A stretch of DNA of 62,411 bases, counting the filler. It is 13 parts of 13 records of this genome, joined end to end, with 100 filler letters (N's around TTAATTAATTAA, not from the genome) between each part and the next. Parts side by side here need not be neighbours in the genome. Positions count along the whole stretch, not along the records: positions 52,380 to 57,879 come from SRR7504441_18878; positions 57,980 to 62,411 come from SRR7504441_18879; 11 more parts are not named here. The stretch is one strand, 5' to 3'. The translations under genes and the position numbers were made by a program. Below are positions 53,697 through 62,411 of this stretch, one piece after another. The notes beneath the pieces are model-generated. The model saw only the letters and a program-made list of their open reading frames with translations. It had not been told where the DNA came from and searched no databases. Position 1 is the stretch's first letter. Every line of letters starts with the position of its first letter.

Positions 53697-56654
53697 TCAA
53701 TTCCCGCTCCGCGAGCGCGGCTTTCCCGTTGGCGTGGGTTGCTTTTTTCCGGTGGGTGTGGGCGCCTTCTTTGGAGAGTCACCCGACTCGTTCTCATCGG
53801 CCTTCTTCTGCTTCACATGTTTCTTCGCCTTACCCATCTCCACATTGCGCACCCTGGCGGCAAAGTTGAGCGAACAGAGCGATTCGCCAGCTGCCTCGCT
53901 GCGCGGGTTGGCCTGGACAAACATCAGGCACTTGCCAGAGCCCCCAAGCGAGTCCTGGAGCAGGTATGTGAGCTTGCAGTTCCGGTAGGGCACGTGCGAT
54001 GATTTGGCTGCTCTGGCCTGGATCACATCCCCGAGGTATGACAGAGACTTGTTGATGTTCTGGGCCTCTTTGAGCGCTGCCCCCTGCACCTCGCTCTTGC
54101 TGATCCGCTCGGAGCCAGCCAAGTCGATCAGGTTGAGCTTTCCCTCAAAGCACTCGCCAGTGAGCTTATTTTCACCCTCACTGAGCACTGTCAGGATCAG
54201 GTGGGAGCGCGATGACTCCTGGTTGAGCTTAGTGGAGCAAACCTGCACACAAGCCCCTCAGTCCTTGAAGCCAGCTGTGCGGCACCGTGCGGTTCTGCTT
54301 GGCGTCATTCATGATGTCATGGATCATTTCAGGGGCGGTTACTTCACGCACAGTGAGCCCCGGCACAAAGATCCCTTGAGGGCCTTGTCTCACATCCAGA
54401 CTCTTGCTCGAGTCGCTATCTAATAAGTCGTGCACCTCATCGTTGTAGATCTCTAGCACCGTCACACTGATGTGGTAGACAAATTGGGCCTCCTCTGATC
54501 TCTTCTTGATGTTATTAAACAGCTCCAGCAGAGCCCTTGAGTTGACTCCAGGATTGTCACTCGGGCCCTCCATTGTAAACGTCTTCCCGGATCCAGTCTG
54601 GCCATAGGCGAAGATACACACGTGGTAGCCGTCCAGCACCGAGGTGACCAGCGGGATTGTGTCCTTGAAGCAGTCCTCCTGTGATGCGGTCTGGTCGTAT
54701 ATTTGGTCGTACTCAAACCTCTTGCCGCAAAGCATCACTTGGCCTTCTTCTTTGGGGAAGATGAACGGATTCTCATCGCCCGCCTCGGACGACAGGAACG
54801 GCCTGACCCTGAGGTACACCCTGATGTTGCCTTGTAGCTCGATAAGTTTGTTGTGGATAGTACGGCGCAGCTTGCATTCCTTGGTGTACAGTTGCGTGGC
54901 TTCTTGTGCCTTCACATCCAGCTCCTGGATCCCGTCCAGCGAGCGCGCTCCGAGCTCCTTGAGCGCGTTCTTCTGTTCGTCGATCATCTTGTTTGCACTC
55001 GTCTTGAGCTCCTTGAGCGTGCTGCGCAGTGACTGGGTGTACTTCTTGCCTCCTACTCCTCGCAGCGTCGAGATAACCTTGGACTTCCACTGGACCATAG
55101 CCTCCGCCTCCTTCTGCTGCTCCGCTGTCGAGCCCTGGGCGCTGTTCAGGCTCTCCTTTGTCGCCTCGAGCTCCTCCTCCAGCGCCACAATCTTCTCAGA
55201 CAGCTTGCTCGACTCTGTCGACATACCAGCAATCTTTGCCTCAGCATCGCTCAAACTGACCTGACCACACACCGCTACAGACCCACCAGCCGCCTCAGCC
55301 ACACCTTCAGCTGGCCCAGCTCCTCGTCAGCTTCGGCGCTCTTCGCATCCTTCTCTTTCTGCTGCTCAGCACCTGCAGCCCAGCCCTCAGCACGGGCTCT
55401 CACTCAAGCCGCTCGCACCCTCCATCTGCTGGGTCTCTAGCAAGTTGATGATCTCCATCATCTCGCGCATCAGCTCCTCCTTGCGGGCCAGTTCGTCCTC
55501 GGCCTCGTCCAGCTTCTCACTCAGCTCAATCAGCACCTCGTCCTTCGCATCCTCCTCAGAGTCGTAGCTATCCTCGCTCTCCATGCCTGCGTCGCGCGCC
55601 ATGTCGGCCGCTGCCTGGTTGATCTCGGCCTGCTGCTTCTCCGGAGAGGCTGACGATTCGTCGTCTGGTCGTTCGCCCTCTGGCGGCGACCGGTCCTGCG
55701 AGCGGCCAGCCTGCTTCATGCCCTCTCTGTACAGCATGATTTCCCTCTGCAGGCCGGTCTTCTCGTCCTCCAACTGGGATATTTTGTCACGCAGCGACAT
55801 CGTCTCGGCGGCCGCGGCCCGTGCGTCGGCCCTAGCCTTGTCTGATCCCTCAGCCTCCTTGCTCGCCTCAGCCACCTGTCGACTGAGTGCTTCCTCCAGC
55901 GAAACCACCTGCGCCTGCAGCCCGCGGACAACCGCGCTGCTCACTGTGCCGGCCTCGCCCTCCTCGTCCCCCTCGTCCTCGATCTGCCGTTTCTCCTCCA
56001 TCAGCGCATTGTACTTGGTTTCGTACTCGATGTGCATCTTAGTCTCATGGTCCAGCCGCGTGCGAAGGTCTGTGATCAGATTCTCGCGCAGCTTGGCCGT
56101 GTACACTCTGCCCCGGTACAGCCTGTACGAGCACTGGATCTTCAGCGCCGCCAGATTCTCCAGAAGCTCCTGCCCCGCAGGTCAGCCGCCGCAGCCACCG
56201 CTGGCGGCGCCTTCTGCTGCATCAGGATCTTCCTGGAGACCTCCCGGCCGAGCGGGCCCTTGTACAAGTCGTGGTTCTTGAGCGACGCCAGGTACTTGAG
56301 CCGCTCCTTCCGGATCTTCGCCCTCCGGTCGATGTAGCCTCGCACTGGCACCCGCCGGCCCCCGTCCGGGCTCAGGTTGCGCGACCGGCCGAGCGCGTCG
56401 GCCACTCGGTTGAGCGCCGGATACGCCGAGCCCTCGCGGCCCTCGGCCCGGCTCTTGGCGTGGAGGATGCTCATTTTGGTCCGCATCTTGATGTTTTGCC
56501 AGCATTTGGTCTTTGCGTCGCCCAGCTCGCCGCTGCCCTCCTCGGGAGCCTCAGTGGCATTCTCCGCAGATGGCTCGGCTGCGGCCTGCTCTGGCTCTGC
56601 AGCCGGCTGCTCTGCAGGCGACGCTGCTTCGGCAGCCGTGTCTTCATCCGCCAT
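53697..56654 (-). CDS. Kinesin-14 (C-terminal motor, KIFC3-like), spliced
   Basis: Long coiled coil, neck ELQGNIRVYLRVRP, AYGQTGSGKT, NQESSRSH, DLAGSE, HVPYRN. Confidence 0.93.
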
Positions 56655-56758
56655 CTGCTGCGTTCACCCCAGCCCCTGCCGCCGCAGGCCGTGTCACCCA
56701 GCGCTGAAATTCGCAGTGCGAAACCTTTCATCAGGCCAGTCAGGCACGCGGCCAAGTC

Positions 56759-56800
56759 AGTCGCCAAGAACTACCACGCGAGTCGCCAAGAACTACCACG
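56759..56800. repeat. 20-nt direct repeat (period 22) upstream of kinesin
   Basis: AGTCGCCAAGAACTACCACG at 56759 and 56781. Confidence 0.9.
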
Positions 56801-56940
56801 TAGGACTTCAAAATCGTCTTCTAAAGGTCTACACACACATGGTGGATTGCCTGTATAAATACCGTCGGCTGACTTTAGATTCTCTAAAACCAGGCCTCGA
56901 AACTAGCACCGAGAGAGATTCGGCTCTCGCGAGCTCAAGA

Positions 56941-57724
56941 CTAGGTGACACATTCGAATTGTTGCACTTGCGGAGCCGCCTCAATCAGCTCGCCCAGCTC
57001 CTGTGTGGCCTGGGCGTACTCCTCGGGCGGGGCCGCCTGCGCCTGCTCTAGCGCCGCCTGCGCCCCTCGCTCAGCTCCAGCCCCCCGTCTGTGCTCACTT
57101 CATCGCGCCACACTGTGGTCGAGACCGCCAGGCCTTTGTTTTGGTCCAGCAACAGCTGCGCTGACTCAAACCCGTCCAGCTGGTCGTACGACGGCCGGAG
57201 CCGCTCGCTGTACAGCTCGAGCAGCTGCCCAGGGCTAAGCCCCAGAGCCCGGCCGGTCGGCGCACCTGGTCGATGCAGCCGTGCTTGACTGTGACGGTGG
57301 ACACTCGAGCTATCCGCTGCCCGATCGGCCGGACTGCCGGCTCCTCCGGCGCCTGCCCCGCGCCCTCGGCCCCGCCGTGCCCCAGCGGCCCACCCAGCCG
57401 GGCAACTCGCCGAGGTCCTGCCCAGGGTTGGAAAGCCGCCAGCGCACCTGCGATCGGGTCTGCCAGGGATTGCGGCTGGCGCACACCTCCTCCTCGGAGC
57501 GGTTCGGCCGGTTGGCCCGGCGCCCGGGCACGGCGGCGGCGGTCGGGCGGCGGCGCGGCCGGCTGAGCGCGTTGGCCACCCTGCGGTCGACCCCCTGCGG
57601 AGGGTGGGCGGTGCGGAGGCGAGGGGCGGACCTGCCAGCGGTTGAGGATCTTGTCCACCGAGGCGCTGGCCACGGGCTCCCCTCCGGAGGACGAGCACAG
57701 CCACCGCACGGCAGCGCGCTGCAT
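56941..57724 (-). CDS. Probable mitochondrial protein with ABM-like dimeric alpha/beta-barrel domain (spliced)
   Basis: Presequence-like MQRAAVRWLCSS; ARVSTVTVKHGCID|..LDGFESAQLLLD...AVSTTVWRDE|AALE. Confidence 0.6.
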
Positions 57725-57879
57725 ATCACACGACCTTGACGACCAGTCCGGCCGGCCGTTGGCAAATCGCTCTCGAATCGCGGCCGTGTGCTTGAGTCGC
57801 GTGGCGGCCGGTCGCGTTGCGTGCGGAGCGCCCGGAGAGGGCCGAGGTCCGATATGGCGGACGTCGACCCGCGGACGCT

Positions 57880-57979
57880 NNNNNNNNNNNNNNNNNNNNN
57901 NNNNNNNNNNNNNNNNNNNNNNNTTAATTAATTAANNNNNNNNNNNNNNNNNNNNNNNNNNNNNNNNNNNNNNNNNNNN
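57880..57979. other. Artificial contig linker
   Basis: N44-TTAATTAATTAA-N44. Confidence 0.99.
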
Positions 57980-58514
57980 GCGGGGCGACCGAGACGGTGA
58001 GCAGTTGGTCGCTGCAGGCGGCGGTGACCGCCATCTCGGCGATCGCCTTTGTCCGGGCGTACTCCTGCAGGTAAGACTGCTGCGGGAGGGAGGGCATCTG
58101 GTCCTCGGTGAGCCCGTCCACGTCGCTCCCGTCGAACCGAGTCGAGGGCGACGAGGACATGACCAGCTTGCCCACTCCATGCTCCTTGCACGCATCGATC
58201 ACATTCTGCGTACCTCCGACGTTCACGTCCATATACAGATGGGTCGGGTGGAACGGCCCGACCGCCGCCGCGATGTGCCACACGCAATCGGCCCCGCTGA
58301 TCGCGGCCGACACCGTGGCGCTGTCCCGGAGGTCGCCCTTGACGTAGACGATGCGCGGGTCGTCCAGGGCATCGGTGGGCGGATCCAGGATGTCAAACGA
58401 GGTGACTCGGGCGGCCCCGCGCTCGAGCAGCATCTCGCACAGCCGCTGGCCCACGAAGCCGCTCCCCCCGGTCACCACGGCCCGGCCCTTGAATGCGTAC
58501 CCGGGCTTCCCCAT
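57980..58514 (-). CDS. 3-beta-hydroxysteroid dehydrogenase / NSDHL-like extended SDR, 3'-truncated
   Basis: VTGGSGFVG, VWHIAA, VNVGGT.NV, SS, YARTK. Confidence 0.88.
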
Positions 58515-58647
58515 TGCGTCCGTCTGGTCGAACGCCGGCTGCAGTCGAACGCAGCCCAGAACAATAACGGACAGAGCTTGCTCCAGGCTGTCTGGTCTGC
58601 AGCAAGGTGGCTCTGCAGCAGGGGGCCCGTGTTAGACCGGTGGAGCG

Positions 58648-59957
58648 ATGCCGGCCCGGGTGGCTGCTGGCAAAGCGGCCAAAGAGGCCAAGAAGCGGGT
58701 GGAAGAGCGCAGGCGGCACGAGGAGCTTTTAGCCCGGAGGAAAGCCGAGGACGCGGCGGCGGCCGCGGCGCTCTCTTTTGCGTATGACCCCGAGTTAGAT
58801 GCGAGCGATTTCGATAAGAAAAAGGCCCGGCTGGCGCTGGAGCGGTCGACCCGTCCGCAGCTGGTGGTCACTGAACACCAACCCACGCCGCTGCAGCCAG
58901 GCACGCCCCTGAACGGGTAATATATATATCTGTGAGCCGAATGTGTACAGCGCTGAAATCTGGCGAGCGGTCAGTATTTGAGGTGACATGGGCACGCTGG
59001 CTCGAGTCCAATGGTGGCGCAGGTGGTGATTATCGGGAGCGGGGGCTGCGGCAAGACTGCACTGGTGCAACAATACTTAAACTCGCACTTTCCTCAAAAG
59101 GTGCCGATGGCGTGTGGGGCGGCTTAAGGGTGGGTGGCAGTACGTGCCGACCAGCCTAGAGACCTACCGGATACCTCTGCATTTTGATGGGGAAGACGTA
59201 GATCTTGAGATCTGGGACACTGCAGGACAGGTCAGAGAAACGGCGCGCTGTGAATGACCGAGTGCCAATAGGAGATCTACCGTTGCCTCCCGGAGCAGTA
59301 CTTGACGCAGGGGAAGGTAAGCATGCAGCTGTTACGCATGCCAGCGTTGAGGCCACGTGGGAACAGGCCTTTGTGCTGGTGTACTCAGTTGCAAACGAAG
59401 CCTCGTTCCGGTAGCGGCCACTCTCTGCTGTGGTGATGATGCTGACAGGCACACCGAAGAGTTCAGGAAGGAACTCGAGGCGAACAGGCTGCCTGAGGAT
59501 AGAGTGACTGTGCAGTCCCTGCGCTTACATGTGACTCGAGATATCAGGTCCCGCTTATACTTGTTGGGAACATGTGCGAAGTCCCTGCACAACAGCGCGA
59601 AGTTCCTAAAGAAGCGGTATCATATGCTGCTGTAGGCTCTAATGCGTTGGGCTGATGGGTGCCTGTCATCAGGGCGAGATGAAAGCACAGAGATGGAAAG
59701 CTGAGCAATTCGGCAATTCTCGACAGCATCGGATAGGTAAAGTGATGTTCACAGAAATTTCTGCGTCGGTGCTTCTGGCCGGTCATGACAATGCGATTGA
59801 GGTTTTGTGTCCCCAGGCGGACTTGGGGGTGAGGAATGTATTTGAGTCACTACTGCATGTGCTAATCAGACAACGGGATGAAACGAAGCAACGCGAAGAA
59901 AATAGGATTATCGAGAACATCGAAGCAGAAAATGAAAGGCGGTGCGTGATGCAATAA
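58648..59957 (+). CDS. Ras-family small GTPase with N-terminal extension and CaaX box (many introns)
   Basis: Spliced motifs GSGGCGKT, YVPTSLETY, WDTAGQ, LVGNMCE, EISA and C-terminal CVMQ*. Confidence 0.85.
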
Positions 59958-60132
59958 TTTAAACATTTTAAAGTCATGTTACCTGAATCCTCGTTTTATG
60001 CGATTTTGATCCGTCTAAAGTCTAAACAACGCTTCTAGATACTATTCGTTACTACTTCAACTTCGTATGTACAAAGTCATTTGCCAAAATTTGAAATGTC
60101 TAGTTAGAGAACTCAGTTGATTCAAGCTTAAG

Positions 60133-62411
60133 CTAGGGGCGCTTGGCATCGATTGCCGCACGTGCCCTTGCTCGTTGTGCAGCTCGTTCACGGAATATGT
60201 TTCTCGTTGCTGCTACTGCCTCTAGGTTGGCTTGCTCGTCGCCATGTGTGTCGTGCGGTTGGTCCTGAAACCTGTCGTGAGGTGTCGAGCGTACTGTGGT
60301 GACAACTGCGCTCGGGCTTAGAACTGAGCTCACTGGACTCACTGGACTCGCCGCCGCCATACTGACCTGTCCAGATGTGGTCGACCGGCTTTGCTGGGCG
60401 CCAGAACTCCATCCCTGAAGTAGGGGTGGTGGTGTAGCCTGGAGGGGCGCAGGTGCAGCCGGGGTCGATACACGGGCGCTTATTTGTTCTGAGAGAGGCT
60501 GGGGCGCAACACCAACTTGTATACCAGCAACTGCCTCATCCTGCTGTCTATTGGATTGTTGGCTGTACCGGACGTTACGGGAGTTTCTAGAACCGGCCGG
60601 TCTCGAAGCGGACTGCGACTGTTGCTGTGCGGGCGCTTGACCTGTGTCCCGGGCTGATCGTTGATCTTGCCCAACAGTTGAATGCGCCTGTTCACGAGCT
60701 TGTTGCGCAGGAATACCGACTGGATTTGTCTGCAGCACGATCGAAGGTTCTTTATTGAGATTGCCTCCAGACAGCATCGTCATGAACCTCTGTTTGAAAT
60801 GGTCAGCTTTTTTGTCAGTCTCCGCTTTGCTCGTGCTCGTGCCTTTATTGATTCCCATGTTTTGGCGTAGCCTTTTGCCCTTATGTATGGCCTGAATGAC
60901 CATAGCGGCCCGCTCCATAGCCAGTTTTTCAAGCGCCTCCTCTCTCTGCACCCTGTCCTCGTAGGGCATCATTCCAGTCCCCAGACAATGTAGGCACAGG
61001 ATGTACTGCATCTTCCTGTACGCAATCCCAAGATTCGGATCAGCCATTGCCCTGACCTCTTCCCGGATCATTTTATATTTCCTCTTTCCCTCTTGGTCCC
61101 TACACAATCAAGATCAGACAGCCACTGCGGTAAGTTACGCACCAGATGATGATGCCAAGAGGTGCCCCAAGCTCACTCAGGAAGGCTCTAAGCTTGTTCA
61201 CTCGCAGGTAGCGCCCCAAGTGCTTGCCCGCATGCTTGTCACTGAGGGTGAATCTATACCAAGTGTTCTTAAATTTATCGAGAGCGAATTCGTCGATCGG
61301 TGAATCGCCAATATTTGCCATAAATGCGTAGTTGTCAAGGATGACAGCAACAAACAAATTGATGACACAAAATACTCCGATGATAATGAAGGAGATGAAG
61401 AAGAACAACGCTGCGGGTGCGTCTCCACAGTCGTCGGGCAACCAGAATTCTGCCCCCCCAATTGTGGTAAGCGGGTCCTTCTGGTCATAGTCTGTCGGCC
61501 AGCCATCTGTAGTGGCTCCATTGAAAGGCGTGCAGTCTGGATTTTGCACAAAGCAATCTCGAATGATGACATTCCACCCCTCACCGGTTGTGGTCCGCGC
61601 AAGCATGAGCAGCGAGTCCGGGAAAGTCCTAAAGTTGCCACTGAAGCCCAGACCTAAGTTGAACCGAATGTTGGCAAAGTAACTCATCCCGAGTATTGAA
61701 TAGATGAAGAAAATCAATGCCAACATGCAGGTCACATTGAACAGCGCGCCGAGACTGAGAAACAGCGTTGTGACGATAAGACGAAGCCCCTTTGCCCGCT
61801 TGACTGCACGAAACAAGAGAAACAGCCGGAAGGGTCGCAAGCCTGTGAGATTTACGACTTCACCAATAGGAATCATCGCTACGCTCGTAATCACAATCAC
61901 AAAATCGAATACTGCCCATGGGTCGGAGAAAAACTGCTTGGGATAGAGTGCAATCAGCCGCATGGTAATCTCAATAAAGAAGAGGATCGTGAAGCCAAGG
62001 TTCAGGTCCTCCATTACGCGTAACCACTCATCGGACATGTTGTAGTGCTCCGACGCCATGGAGATAGCATTGATTGTAATCAGGAAGAGAGTGAAATACT
62101 CGAATCTAGAATCTTGCGTCACCGAATAGCACCAACCGCGTATAGAACCACGGGGCCGCCCGGTGGCTTTGCTATCATCGTGTAGCATTGCCTGCAGCAC
62201 AGTGTCCTTGAATATCTTTTGTTCCTCTGTCAAGATTCCACGCCCAGAAATCTGGTTGAACTTCTCAATCATCACGCCCATCACCAGATTCAGAACAAAG
62301 AACACCCCGACGGACAGATACATGACCATGAAAAGACACTGGTATGCCGCATTGCCCTCGACAGGTTGCAGGGGCGGTATTGTTGCGTCGTAGAGTGCTG
62401 TAGTGCCCCCC
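60133..62411 (-). CDS. Four-domain voltage-gated Ca2+-type channel, IIIS6 to C-terminus (partial)
   Basis: FVLNL, LTEEQK III-IV linker, S4 LRPFRLFLLFRAVK, pore TTGEGW, INLFVAVILDNY, IQ motif AAMVIQAIHKG. Confidence 0.92.

Overview
This is not one contiguous locus. It is 13 short contigs (about 3.3-8.8 kb) joined by an artificial 100-nt linker (44 N + TTAATTAATTAA + 44 N), so gene order across linkers carries no information. The DNA is from a gene-dense, GC-rich microbial eukaryote (taxon not determinable by eye) using the standard code. It has very short (mostly 37-52 nt) spliceosomal introns, compact divergent promoters and GC-rich gene 5' ends. Recognisable genes: a 2OG-Fe(II) dioxygenase fused to Tpt1/KptA-like ART domains, a YadA-head-repeat protein, peptidase E (S51), ABCA and ABCD transporters, PRMT5, a His-rich TPR protein, a mitochondrial carrier, GH95-like and GH3 hydrolases, a PsuG-PfkB fusion, a DYRK-family kinase, an LRR protein, beta-tubulin (3' end), a P4H-like oxygenase, a SpoU methyltransferase, a GPCR-PIP5K fusion, a VNX1-type CAX exchanger, a DIX/auxilin J protein, an EF-hand/pepsin-lobe fusion, kinesin-14, NSDHL, a Ras-like GTPase and domain IV of a voltage-gated Ca channel. 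The best candidate for novelty is the spliced ART-like + ART-like + 2OG oxygenase fusion at 163-2337. Several genes show inverted or deleted junctions (probably amplification chimeras), and intergenic DNA repeatedly contains ~11-nt tandem duplications. All family calls come from motif recognition by eye; no searches were run.
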